From Phoronis australis (lineage: Eukaryota; Animalia; Phoronida), in assembly GCA_002633005.1 (NCBI GenBank), contig NMRA01000137.1:496001-560000 (forward strand): a DNA stretch of 64,000 nucleotides, given 5' to 3'. Shown here in pieces: positions 49,201 through 60,859 of this stretch. A model generated the notes under the pieces. That model was not told the origin of the DNA. It searched no databases and saw only the letters and a program-made list of their open reading frames with translations. Within the stretch, counting starts at the first letter, position 1. Every line of letters begins with the position of its first letter. The translations under genes and the position numbers were made by a program.

Positions 49201-52200
49201 TCGGTACAGTAAATGGACCGGAAGTTTGCTACAAATATACTGGAAATTGTTTACTTCCGATTAAAGATGGCGGAAATATCGGCGATCGCGCATGCGCACC
49301 TCGATTTTGGCCTAAAAACGTTTTCTCCTCTAGAGGGCGCATTATAAGACCAATTCCTTCGAATTTTTACAGGTGTTAGTTTCTTATGACATGCTATTAC
49401 ACAAAGTAAAAAAAACGGAAGTTGCTTTCAAGATGGCGGATCTGGCGCATGTTGACCCATTTTCAATCGTCTGGAGTGCGATTTTAAACAGGAAGAGGAA
49501 AAGACGTGACTTTTTGCATGTGAATTCTTTGACGTATATTCTTTCAAATGGTTTGTAACAATTTTTTCTCAGACTTACCGTTTTTTAGTTATTTGACTTT
49601 GAATTTCTTTAAAAAAATGCAAAATTTCATTTTTTCGAAAAATTTACGGAATTAGGCGATACCATCAGTTTAGATAGAATTTTGAACGAGCTTTCAGAAG
49701 ATGTTTTCCATTTTTCGCTAGGACGTCTACTTGTCGAGTTATTTGATATTTTCTGATAACGCTGATCCTTTGTTGAGCGCACTTGCTGCATTGATGTTGG
49801 TTTATCATTTATTGAACTAGACTGTAGCCTATTTCTTATTGATTTATGACATCTACGTTCGTCATATGAATGTTGTGATGTTTTTCATTATCGCCACCAC
49901 CGTCATCATATTCGTCATCATCGTCATCATCTTCGTCATCATCTCCGTCGTTGTCTTTTCCGTTAATTTCGCCAAGTGTCGTTCAAGACTGTAGCCTTTT
50001 TCTTACTGATTTCGGACTTCTACGTTCGTTATGTGTATGTTATTATTTCTTCTTTTGTTCATCCTCGCCACCGTCGTCGTCATATTCGTCATCATCTTTA
50101 TCGTCATCTTTTTGGTTAATTTCGCCAAGTTACGCTCCTCGGAGCGCTTTCATTTGTTACGTTTCTCGGTGTTTTGCTACATAGCTGCACACCTGATGAA
50201 AGGAGATTGCTTCGACACTACCAGCGACTCTGAATCAAGCTTTCAAACAAAAAGTTTGGCCGTGTTTTCAACGAAGTTTGTGTTAACGAAGGATTGCTAC
50301 CGAACTATACTAATATCAGAACTAGACATGAATTTTCCGGAGTTTCATCCAATGTAATGTGCCATCTTAACAGCATTTCTCAGTATGAAAATGCACAAAA
50401 CGACGCCACGGATGAACCAAACTGGTCGCGAGCAAGTTATGGTGATCTTGTTCTCATTTTTCAGAAGCGCTGCTTTTTTGTAAGGATATGAACCTTGTAC
50501 TTTGTGGGTTTATTGTTTGTTAGCTCGTGTTGCAAATGTCCACCAATATGTCTGTAGCGGAACCTGGTACCTACCGTGCATCAAGTTAGACTCTTTGAAA
50601 TCTTCGTCGTCGACGTTGCTCTTATTAACTTGACTGCTAAGGATATTATCGTCGATGTACCAAGACAGGTTTTCGTCAGTCACGGAAAACATTAGGAAGA
50701 ATTCCTTGTCTATATTTTTCTGTTATAGGAGTAAGAATAAAAGTCACCGTGGATTAACCAGACATAAGTTGGTCTTATTTCGAATAGCAAATTGGTAATG
50801 ACTTCCTTTTAAAGCTTGACCTTATAAATTGTCAGGCAATAAAACTGCTGTAACGTACTCAAATTGGTGTTTCAAGTAATAACAGCTGAAAAATTATGAA
50901 TAATATGTGAATCTTTTTCGCCATCAGCTTGTACCTTCAGCAGCAATGTCTAATTCGTTGTCATTATGATAAGTTGTTCTACGCCACATACCGCACAAAA
51001 TTGGTCTCAATTTGAGCCTTGATCTGACAAATTGTTATTACTGAATAACCGACCCAAAAAGTTGGAGTGGTTGGCTTATAAACCGAACGGTTCAAATGCT
51101 AGATGAAGTTACTAGTCAGTGCATTAGGGATTAAACTACCTGTACTTATCAAGACCTACTTGTTTTCCTGTGTCGTCCAAACTGTCCTTTTTGCACACGA
51201 GAAGTGGCCCGACCAACCCAGAGTACGTGTCACGAACGGGGTCGACAGCGGACGTATACATGTAACTGATGCAGTCGGGATCTTCTGCGGTCGGGCTGAC
51301 CTCTTTCGGAATGGTCCACGTGTATGTGAATGTAGAGTTTGGTTTCACTTCTCCGTTGCCTACAAATTGATTCATATACCATGAGCGCACCCAGCCTTCA
51401 ATATGGGAGGCTCGAATTCTTGCCGTTGTGGACCTTTTGGTAACAAAAAGGCGGGCGGACTAAAAAAAACGGGGGAAACCACTGTGAATTGCGCGTTTAG
51501 GGAGCTTTTGTCCATTTTCTCGGACTTTTTGTTTCTCGGAGGCGGACCTTTTTCCCCACTTCGCCAAATGGGGGGGCTCCTTCGAGCCCCACGAGCCCCT
51601 CCTGGGTGCACGCATGTATACCAACTAACTAAAACTATGAGCATTATAATGGGTGACTCGACATTCATTAAATGGTGCTAGCAAATAAAGAATCCTCTTT
51701 TTGACATCTGTACAGATTGAAAGCAAGTTGTCAGCGTGGGGGCGTTGGTGTGATAACAGGCTCACATGACTTATCTGGTGTGCGTTCCGTAAACGCGAGG
51801 ACCTCTCGAAAGCGCAAGACCACGCAAAACATTGCGAGATATTGCTACGTATTACAAGAAAAGAACGTGATAACACTAGCTTCTGTTGCAAAATCCATGC
51901 TTTTATCAAACTCCGCCGTGAATGTCGGCATTTCTATGGAAAGTATCATTTCTTCACTTTTTGATACACCCAGTGAATTTCGAGTTCCCCTCGACATTAC
52001 AGTCATTGCTCCTTCCTCTGGCAATGTGTTGCCCACGAAGATCAGTCGCTTATGAAATGAAACTTATTAGTATTGCTACTCGTTTTGTATACATTCGGAC
52101 GAGTTCATCCCGACTTTCAATAGATTCACTGCAACCAAAGCATATCTAAATTTTATTCTTGTCATTAACTTTAAGAACCGGAACGTCGAAACTTTCTGCT

Positions 52201-55200
52201 AGTGTGATACTTTTCAAAAATTGGCCTCCCTTTCATGTCACTATTTTAGTCTTAACTTTGACCTAAATAACAATGCTGTCGTTCAAACACCTGTCACGTT
52301 GCGTTGTTGAGCAATGTTGTTGACGTCATGGCAACAATTTAACTTGAGACTTAGACTTTCATGAAACGGAGCCTTGCTGTACTGTTCTTTTTACAGGTAG
52401 ACGGACACATCACATTACAGTGAATAATGGGATGCCGGTCACTGATCACAGAAGTCACCCAACGAAACCAAAGAACATACACCTACGCTTCCAGCCAACT
52501 GGATATTCCACGGATAACTAAGTGTAAAACGGTCAATGGCTTTCAATGGTGTTCTTTTGAAATCATAAACATTTTGATTTTCAGTACACGCGTGTTTTGT
52601 TTCCACAACTCACGAGAGCTGAAACATTGCATGCGAAATGTAATTGCTTCTCCCATTTTGCGTCCATCAATCTGAAAGGAAGTGGCAACGGTCTTTCTAC
52701 GAACATTCATTTCTTACCTTGGTCGTATACCGAGCCTTCCTGGCTTTTATCATACACCAATCCCTGAGCTTGGATGGAATAACTGCGCGAAGCCAAGTTC
52801 TTGAAGACGACCCTGATTGTGTCGCCGACTTGGCCCTTGATGATTGGACCCAGAAAGCCCAGATGGTCAGTACCGTTCCTAACCATCTTCGTGGTAAATG
52901 AGGAGTTGGTGTATTCGACGTAACGTGCTTTCTTGTACGTACCCCCAATGCGTTCTGAACTACGCTCGAAGAAAATCTTTGAAGCACTGTAAACAATACG
53001 AGATAAGATAACCAAATTTAGAAACTTCTCAATTTTTAAATACGTCACGAATCTGCCTTCTGTTAACAGACTGCCTTTTGGTTGAGACCACTTGCCGTTA
53101 TACATATCTGTGAGTACTCAGTGAAGAGACTAATGTAAGAAGTGGTGGACTTTAAAATTCATAGAACTTCTTGTCGGAAATAAGCGCCCAGTGGCAACAT
53201 TCTCATAAATTCAATGGACCTGCGGGCACCGACTGAAAGCTTTAGTAAAGGAACTTGGCGTTCATTGTTCTATTTGCGTGTACGGAGATCCTAAGTGTCC
53301 ATCTGTTCTCTAATGACAAAAGAGAAGGAAGAGGGTTGAATCTAATGGAATTTCGTATTTTATAGAATAATTAATTTCGTGGTACAACATTTCAACATCC
53401 CAATCTTCTGTGTACCTGCCATCTGTCAGATTTTTTCCACCTTGAAATTTATTAGTACCAGATGGCGCGTAGTTCCACATGACCTCCTCGGCTGCAATGA
53501 AGTACTGTCGTGTCACTCCGTCACGCTTCACTGTCAAGTAGGCTAGCATGCCAGCTAAGAAAAAAATATTGTTGGTTAAATTCTGTACCATTTGTGTATG
53601 CAAGACCAGAAAATGTTGAATTCAAATGGTTATTACTCGTTTTCTTAGAGTATTGATTTCACGGTTAATGCTGGGAGATGAATACGTATCGTTTACAGGC
53701 TTTGCAAAGACGGTTGTCATTTCCTTTTCATGCCCAACTTCTTACAATATGATTTCAAATGATAAAGGTTTTTTTAATGTGGTGTTTTTATTCGAGAACA
53801 ACTAACATTTCTTTGCTTTGCTACCTTGCCGCCAAGGTCGTGATCGGTAGAAGTGCAACTTTAACTCGGTTTAGTGTGTAGGTTATTTTTTTCTCAAAAT
53901 GGCTACTGCTTTCATGTTGTTTATGCTGCCCGTGACGTCACTATAAGCTATGTTGCAATAGTAATGTGAAGTTGTGTACTTTACAAATTTCCTGTGACTT
54001 TCGAATTATAGTAGAACTTTGTAATACAGTGGAGAAGGCAGATCACTATTAAACTTTTTAGGATAGCGAAAGTCGATGCATGTGCACCCCACATTGTTGA
54101 TTTAAGTCATATCAATCCATGACGTAGAAAGTGTCACGCAGGTAAACTAGCACTTGATGTTTAGATACATGCTACCTGTGTACTCACATCTATGATAATG
54201 GAACTACTGAGTGATTGGAATACAAGTAAATTTTACCAGATCGTTTATCTAGTGTTCGTCAGTGACGCTGCTGTGGATGGCAGCTATCCCACAATCCTTT
54301 GAGTGTATGACGTCTCACGACATCGGTAAAAAGGTCAATAGCGTTACCTGAATAATGATCATGTGTCTGACAGTTGATCAACCATTTGCCAGGATTTCTT
54401 GGTGTCATGGTAGCCGTGGTAAAGACAGCCGGAAACAACGTGACTCCGTCGGTTCTAAAACAGAGCAACAATTGTAGTTGGAGATTGAGAAAACTCGTGT
54501 CGAAATAGAATATAGCGAAGTGACTTACAAAAGACCGACATTTAAGTATGTATCTAAAAATTGACGAACATTGTAATTGTTTTATTGGTGATAGAGCAAT
54601 TCGTAGAACAGGTTTAGGTCTGGATAGCTAATCTTGAAATCACATTTTGTCTACTTCACTTTCTACCTGTGATGGTTGTACTCCACTGTCTGTCCGTGGA
54701 AATATACCCTGTGCAAATCAACTTCCGTCCCCATTCCAAACATGTGCCAGCTCACTGATTCGCCTTCGGTGACCTCCAACCCCAGCAGGTTTCCGTATAG
54801 CTTGCCGTTAATTGAGTGCATGAGGTTACTCTCGATGAAACCTTCGTCGTCGAGCTTAGGTTCACTGCCGTTGACGTACTTCCGGGTATTGTTTTGCAGA
54901 TACAGACTTTGGTTTTCATCAAAGACTTTGAACAGAAGCACGAAGTCCTTGTCGACGTCCTTTCGTTTTCCATTATCATCAACAATTCCTACAAAATGAG
55001 TTACGGGTGGCAATGGAATGCGCTAAGTCGCTGTTTCCTTCAATGGTGCATCACCGAGTGGGTCGATTTTATAAGCTAGAATGTAGCCTATAACACATTC
55101 GAAAAGTCAAACAAACTCGGGGTGTAAATTACTAATAAGATTTTGTGTGAATGTTGCTTTGGTAATAATTTGTCCAAAGGCCTCTCGTCTATAACAGAAT

Positions 55201-58200
55201 AAGAAAATAGAGCTTTAAATAATGACGAATTATCGTTAATTTCAAACGCTCCAACCTCAAATACTGAGGTATGAATGATACAATAAGATGGTGCCTGGTG
55301 TGGTCAAAATGCTACGTGATATTTTAAAAAAGCGAAAAAAAACTCCGACACTCTCAAATTGCGATTTAATACAATATTGTTGACGCTGGCATTATTTCAA
55401 AAACTTTCAATTATATACAGTCATCAAATCAATTCCCAAAATAGCTGAATTTGACTGTTGTTTTCCGCTTTGACATCGTGGGAAAAGTTTAATGTAATCT
55501 AGTGTGGAAAAGTCGTAACCAGTATTCTCAATCGAAGAACTTTTGCGATTTGATAATCAAACTGAGCTGTTTTTTGGTAAATAAAACAGTTTTAGGGTCG
55601 ACAAAGTATCATGGATTGCATATTTTGCTTACTTCTGTTCCGGATCGTCATTAGAATTGTTTTAAGGAAACAAGCTTGTGGAAATTAATGTTCTAGAAAA
55701 ATTTATAAATCAATGAAGATTTTACATTAAACGTTAGGGACGAGGTATTCCTGTTGGCAGTTGTAGTCTTTGTTTGCTATTATATCACGGTGATATTGCA
55801 CCAATCAGTGACAATAAGTAAAACTTGTAAGTTATAATTAATACCCTGCACAAAAGGTATACAAAGTTGAGAATGGTGCTGAACGAAGACCTAAACCATC
55901 CTCATTGACCTCCATTGACTTCATGTACAGCAAACTCACTATGGAAAAAAGGGAAAATGTGACTATTTAAGATCTAGACGACCACTTTGGTTTCACAGTG
56001 ACTTCTGGTACCCTAGCTGACGCTGCAGGGAGGCAGTGGGAAGTTTAATTTTCAAATCTAAACATTTGAAGTGTATGTCCTATCGGTTATCAGATTTACA
56101 GAAGCTATTTGATTCGTGTGTTTGTCTAAAATTGTAGTGCAGGCATTTGAGGGTTTAATAAACACCGTAAATGTGATCTAGTACAGAATACTCAGCGATG
56201 TTTTCAGTGCATACTGTACATCGATTTGCCCAAAATGAAGCCTAAACTCCCTAAGTGACGATTTGGCCAAGCTTTTAGACAATTTTGTAACATATCCTAA
56301 TGGCCCAGTTTTACCAAAGTCGTAGGAGCAAAATTTTGCAACTGTTGTTAAGTTGGTATATTTTTTTTAATTTCAGACGCCACAATTGCCTTCACGAGTC
56401 ACGTTAATGATCTCTGTGCAGATTAAAGTCGAAATTACGAGCGTCTTAACCAAGACTAGACTTACGACTTTCGATAAAGCGACCCCTTGTGTTTAACCCT
56501 CATAAATGCTGTGTGTCTAACTTGAGCTACACTTCACCTATCGTCAGGATTTTAAGTGATGACGTAACTGACCATTTAGAACGCAGCATTATTGACACAC
56601 CTTCGTTTCCAAGACGCCATTTTACCCGACGAACAACACGTTGCCGGGTAAAACTTATCGCTTGTTAGTCACCATTACGCGAGGGGACGGAGCTTGCGAT
56701 AGGTCAGTTGACAGGTTGAAGTTTCGCATTAAAATGCACGGGTTTAACAGATTCCGTTTCCACAGGAATTCGGTGTCCAGTCTAATTCCATTTGAACTAA
56801 TGAAACATCTAGGAATTCGTTAAAAGCAGGTTATCTCTGCAACACCGATGTCCAATAAATAGATCTAATTACGCGAATCATTATTTGAGACAGTTTTTCA
56901 GGCAGATTAACGACCACACGATTAGATGATATTACTGGAGAGGAAACGTCCTATTCTTGACGACTCGTCCTAGTAACAAACTTCATTATCATGTTGTGTA
57001 GGGACGGTAATTCGCCGTTGAAGAACCCAAAGCAAGGCGTTCGAGCCCGAAAACAGCCAAAACATATGATTTGCAAAGATGGCGCTGCGCCGCTGCATGC
57101 GACTTTTTATAAAGAGTTGTTAAGATGCAAGAGTACAATAGACATAACAAACAACAGTTACGTAGTAGGTTACTTGCACGCATGGTGGTATTGCGGGATT
57201 GATTTGGACCCACCTTTCTTGCATACGAGCAACATTCCCACTAGCCCTGAATTCACATCAGCGACAGGGCTTTTATGCGAATGATAAGTCCACGATAAAC
57301 AATTTGGATCGTGTTCTTGAGGAGCAACACTATCTTCCGCCCTCCATACATAATCCTTTTTTTCACCAGGTAGCACACTGTCGTCCTCTTTGTTTGTGCC
57401 GGAAGTCTTGTCGTTGTACAGAGCTCCTGGTGAAAAATAAAAAGTTCATGTGATTGACAAAAGTAACTTCAAAGAATAGAAAATCGTATAGATATTTTGG
57501 ATACAAAAATTCTTTGATGTTTTGCAGTGTCACGATCACAATCCTCATTATCAAAACCACCGCCACCACCACCATCATCCTCATCATCATAACCAACATC
57601 ATCATCAACAAAGCTGAGTTGAAGAACTCAGCTGTAGAAGACGGAATACACAGAAAAAAAAAAGAAAACTCATCATTTTATGGAGATTGTTCAGTAGAAT
57701 GTAATAACTACGAGCAAAACAAAACATTAAGTCCAACATGGCGTAAACGTGGTCAAGCCGAAGTCAAGAATAGCAAAATGTAAGAATCCAAGTTAGTGGG
57801 GGTGAATTGTCCAGTTCAATGATCTCCATTCGGTCCATAGTTGCGTAGTGCCTAGTTAGTGTAATGTAAGATCTCAAGTCTTAGTATCGAACCAAATATT
57901 AACTAAGCTAAATTTTTTAAATCTATAGTTTTCATAGACTTAAAAATCAATAAAAAGGATTGTATTTTCTATAAGTAGACAACTAGTAATTTTATACCTA
58001 TCTATCATTAATTGGGACCCGTGGTCATGCCTTTTCAATAAACTTTAGCAGCACAAAGGGAAAGATATAATCACAGCAAAACAACTATAAAAATAACGTG
58101 ATCAAATATCGCTGTTACAGTTTTCAAAGTTATCACTATTTTCCGTTTCAGACAATTTTTGAGTTTTTCACACAATTATAAAAGTATTATTCTAATAACC

Positions 58201-60024
58201 CCTCGTGCAATTCCTTAAAGCTCTTTGAAGAATAGCGCATCAAGTGGAGGTCCTGAAAGTTTTGTATGATCCGGTCATCAATTTCTGAGATACGATGTTC
58301 CTAAGTCGTAGCCAACTCTGGACATTTTTCTGGGGTCCCACTTAACTTTTGTCATATTAAAAGAAACAAAAACAAAAGAGAGTTAAACCTCAAAGCAGTG
58401 CTAAAACAATGGTTTTCGAACATAGCCCCAACTGGTACTAGAAATGACACAGGTAGCAAGAGATAATTGGATGACCGGGCTCGATGTCCAGTGACTTGAA
58501 AAAGTTACGGATCCTGGTCCCAAATGATGCAATGAAGGGGGCAGACACTGGTGTGACTAGGAGTTGGTTCTACATCATAGTATTGCGAGGGTAGAAAGAA
58601 TGTCTATGATAGTCAGTTTTAAAATTTGGGACGAATATGGGGCCAGGGTTATTCTAGTGTTACGAAGGGAGCGAGCAGGATTGTGGTATGCGCTTGTCTA
58701 CATCAATAAGGCTTTTGAAGATCTTATACACCCGGCTGGTACCGGCAACGTTGGGTCGTAAAGCTCAACACAGGCAGGCGAACCCAACTGTTGTCCAATA
58801 CTAGATATTTGGTGGTAGCAAAACTCCCATAAGTCGGATTCAACCAGAACGAATACGTTTTAGCCGAGTAAAGTGAAGAGCTCAGGAGCGGATCTAGGAT
58901 TTTGAGTTAGGGGGGAGGGCAGGGCACAGTATTAGTCAGGATTTTGCACCCCTGAACTGCCAAATGGAATATCCGAGAATTTTTGGAGGGCATGGCCCCC
59001 TTGCCCCCCCCCCCCNNNNNNNNCACCAAATCCGCCACTGGAGCTGAGTTAGAGAACTAGAACAACATTGCTGCGGAACATTGTCCCAGTAACTGATATG
59101 TATAGATTTGGAACGTTAAATCTCACAAATATTGGTAGATTGGGCGTGCGTATCGTAGACGCAAGAAGCTCGCGAAACTCAAGCACACTCAAGACTTCGC
59201 GACACTGAGATATCGCCATTAATTACAAGCGAAGCAGGTGATCGCTGAAACTTCTTTCGCGAGATTCTTGCGTTAAAGGAACTAAAGCGGCACGCGTATG
59301 ATCCATTCTCATGCCATGCTTTACGCACTGTTCTCAAAATCTTTGGTAGGAATTGTTTCTGAAATATTCCGCTTTTGCATGAGGGGCTATCAAAAATAAG
59401 ATTTCTATCATTTAGTAAGTAACTAGAGTTAAAAGTTGCATCAAACGAAAGCGAAATGATCTTCCAAAAAGCGCAGCAGTATTTTTGACCGTTTATGTGA
59501 AGCACAATATGTCCATAATGTCCCACTTACCTAAGTTCAATTTACGCAATTTTCTCTACTTCTGGGATACATTTTCTCACAGCTCTACGTTGCACCATCT
59601 CTGGTTTGAAGATTCTTTGTTGGTGCGAGGTCGCCAAAACATGTAATCAGTCAGCGATTAGTATACTTGAAATTGACTGCTTCATTTAAAATAACTTTTT
59701 TCCACTACATAGCCAAAATGTTCAAGGGAAATCCCACCAAAAATGGTCAATTGTCAGGATTTCTCGGCTAAAACATTACCTTCACTATCTTTTGTATAAA
59801 GCACTCCGTGCGCATGAACCGTGTATGGATGCGAACACTTGTTGTAGAAATGCACCGTCATATTTTCGCCAACGTTCATTTTGAGTACAGGGCCAAGCAA
59901 TCCAAGCCAGAGAGATCGCTCGCTCTGCACCTTAAAAGAGTCGTCGGTAAACTCGCGATACATGGCTTTGATGTATTTGCTGCCGATGCGGCCCGATCCT
60001 GACTTCAGAAATACATTGGCTTCA
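37143..60024 (-). CDS. HEPH: Hephaestin/ceruloplasmin-like six-cupredoxin-domain multicopper ferroxidase with C-terminal TM anchor; 15 exons (~1076 codons) in window, exon 1 not found
   Basis: All exons join in frame at GT/AG sites. Copper motifs: HAHG and YHSH (domain 1); HTVHFHG and HCHVDDHLSAGM (domain 6); type-1 sites CQTHDHYSAGM (D2) and CHTNDHYNAGM (D4). TM helix present. The symbol denotes family-level likeness, not proven orthology. Confidence 0.95.
37547..37673 (-). CDS. HEPH: Hephaestin-like transmembrane exon (LAAVIIVAAVALLIVIALLAVFV)
   Basis: Phase-compatible, donor gtaagt; 23 hydrophobic residues; too short for the ORF track. Confidence 0.88.
38904..39215 (-). CDS. HEPH: Hephaestin-like exon, domain 6 (HTVHFHG...HCHVDDHLSAGM)
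   Basis: Canonical multicopper oxidase signature. Confidence 0.95.
39585..39929 (-). mobile_element. Probable truncated solo LTR with TATA box and heat-shock elements
   Basis: Starts TGTCAG on - strand; GAAnnTTC-type motifs at ~39700, 39750 and 39795; TATAAATA at 39680-39673. Confidence 0.45.
39930..40137. repeat. Degenerate ~40-bp minisatellite (~5 copies)
   Basis: Recurring gatcaaaaccccgtccaacgtgaccaccacgta. Confidence 0.88.
40182..40532 (-). CDS. HEPH: Hephaestin-like exon, D5/D6 (CTTWAYTS...SGLIGPLIVC...ESNLMH)
   Basis: Motifs and splice sites. Confidence 0.92.
41046..41329 (-). CDS. HEPH: Hephaestin-like exon, domain 5 (YQKALYREFTD...PYSIHPHG)
   Basis: Motifs and splice sites. Confidence 0.92.
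41561..45420 (-). mobile_element. Decayed L1/Tx1-clade LINE (RT + zf-RVT) in hephaestin-like intron, containing a second nested LINE
   Basis: RT motifs NWRLISLLNVDYK, LDFCKAFD, QGDSLS and YADD; C-terminal C..C...ETFDHLF.DC; AATAAA + A-tail at ~41587-41561. Confidence 0.9.
42303..43790 (-). mobile_element. 5'-truncated second L1/Tx1 LINE nested in the first
   Basis: Repeats the post-RT region (KTLAISKL...FVW...GGL) and zf-RVT (CSFC..APETLSHLFW); own AATAAA + A-tail at ~42320-42303. Confidence 0.78.
45640..45853 (-). CDS. HEPH: Hephaestin-like exon, D4 T1 site and D5 start (CHTNDHYNAGM...YYIAVVEMEWDYAP)
   Basis: Motifs and splice sites. Confidence 0.92.
47789..48001 (-). CDS. HEPH: Hephaestin-like exon, domain 4 (INGYLYANLQGLEMC...GTEVDLHSVSFHG)
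   Basis: Motifs and splice sites. Confidence 0.92.
48535..50277. mobile_element. ~1.75-kb element bounded by ~125-bp inverted repeats, with a nested AAGATGGCG-rich repeat
   Basis: 48535-48660 is the reverse complement of ~50152-50277 (gtgtgcagctatgtagcaaaacaccgaga core); internal ~130-bp TCATC-rich duplication at 49850-50130. Confidence 0.72.
50575..50719 (-). CDS. HEPH: Hephaestin-like exon, domain 4 (DENLSWY...ESNLMH)
   Basis: Motifs and splice sites. Confidence 0.92.
51160..51359 (-). CDS. HEPH: Hephaestin-like exon, domain 3 (DPDCISYMYTS...SGLVGPLLVC)
   Basis: Motifs and splice sites. Confidence 0.9.
51380..51616. mobile_element. MITE with 5-bp TSD TATAC
   Basis: TIR catgagcgcacccag / catgcgtgcacccag; tatac on both sides. 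Confidence 0.72.
52718..52986 (-). CDS. HEPH: Hephaestin-like exon, domain 3 (RIGGTYKKARYVEYT...HLGFLGPII)
   Basis: Motifs and splice sites. Confidence 0.92.
53416..53554 (-). CDS. HEPH: Hephaestin-like exon, D2/D3 junction (AGMLA...YFIAAEEVMWNYAP)
   Basis: Motifs and splice sites. Confidence 0.92.
54348..54454 (-). CDS. HEPH: Hephaestin-like exon, domain 2 T1 site (PGKWLINCQTHDH)
   Basis: Motifs and splice sites. Confidence 0.92.
54667..54988 (-). CDS. HEPH: Hephaestin-like exon, domain 2 (FDENQS...ESNLMHSING...GTEVDLH)
   Basis: Motifs and splice sites. Confidence 0.92.
56302..56487. mobile_element. Small MITE
   Basis: ggcccagttttaccaaagtcgtag / ggggtcgctttatcgaaagtcgtaag inverted pair. 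Confidence 0.55.
57214..57426 (-). CDS. HEPH: Hephaestin-like exon, domain 1 (CLSWTYHSH...SGLVGMLLVCKKG)
   Basis: YHSH trinuclear-cluster ligands; AG/GT flanks. Confidence 0.92.
58883..59040. mobile_element. MITE with 5-bp TSD GAGCT (contains N run at 59016-59023)
   Basis: caggagcggatctag ... aaatccgccactg; related right ends at ~24943-24972 and ~39554-39583. Confidence 0.75.
59780..60024 (-). CDS. HEPH: Hephaestin-like exon, domain 1 (RIGSKYIKAMYREFTD...HAHGVLYTKDSEG)
   Basis: Cupredoxin motif; AG/GT flanks. Confidence 0.92.
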
Positions 60025-60859
60025 CTGGAATAAAAACATATGCAATTCAGAAGAGCTTTTTCGTTCGCACCATGTGAAATATTGTTCAGGTGGTCTCATT
60101 AAAGAGTCAAATTCCTCCCAAAACCTTTACGTTGTTATCGTTCTCTCAACTGACAACACCACTACAGGCGAATTTATGAAGACTCAGACTCAGGGAGCCT
60201 CCCCCTTCCCCGTCAAGTTAACTGAATTCGAGGCGGCTGCCTCATCAGCTACAACAATTCGTTCCTGGGAGCCGTGAAAATCGCCAACACGAGCGATGTG
60301 CAATGTCGATCAAAGTCCAGGTGAAAAATCCCAAGGAGTGGTCTCCCGAGTGTATGGAAAAAGAAGTAAACAGTCGAGGAATATTGGAGGAATTTGAGAG
60401 TAGGAATTTAAGACGTAAATCGAGCGTTAAACTGCCGTCCGAGAGAAAAGTTCGCGAAATGACAAGCTTGCTCGGTGGCAACCGGGTGGGTTGATTGCAT
60501 TGGTCTCCCGTTTTTCAGAAATATAGCTTAAAATTCTTGCTTACTTTTGATTGATTGTAAGGTAAACCTAAGTTTTTGTTGAAAAGCTTGTACTACTAGC
60601 TTTGACCAATTAACCGATAGAATCTCTCTCTCAAGTCTGAGAATGGTCTGTCAGTTTGCATGATAATCACTGTCATGCTACGGTTTTTTAGTTTTTTATT
60701 GTTTCGATAGATGGCGCGATCAGTTATTGACCGAGACCATTTTTACACGTTTTCCGCAAAGTTGAAGGTATTTTAGTAGTGGTGTTAGTAGTATTAATAA
60801 TAGACATTGTATCGTGCTTAGTCGTCTTTTCTACGACTACCTTGGAAGAAGTCTCTGGA

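Noticed and set aside
49951-50357. Hydrophobic or Ser-rich ORFs (also 57363-57783)
   Set aside because: Translations of TCA/ATC-type low-complexity repeats inside introns.
52480-52520. Extra hephaestin microexon in domain 3
   Set aside because: It gives a stop or wrong phase; 52718 splices in frame to 51359 without it.
60074-60494. Short ORFs as hephaestin exon 1 or a separate gene
   Set aside because: No signal peptide or cupredoxin motif and no recognisable family; probably decayed repeat.
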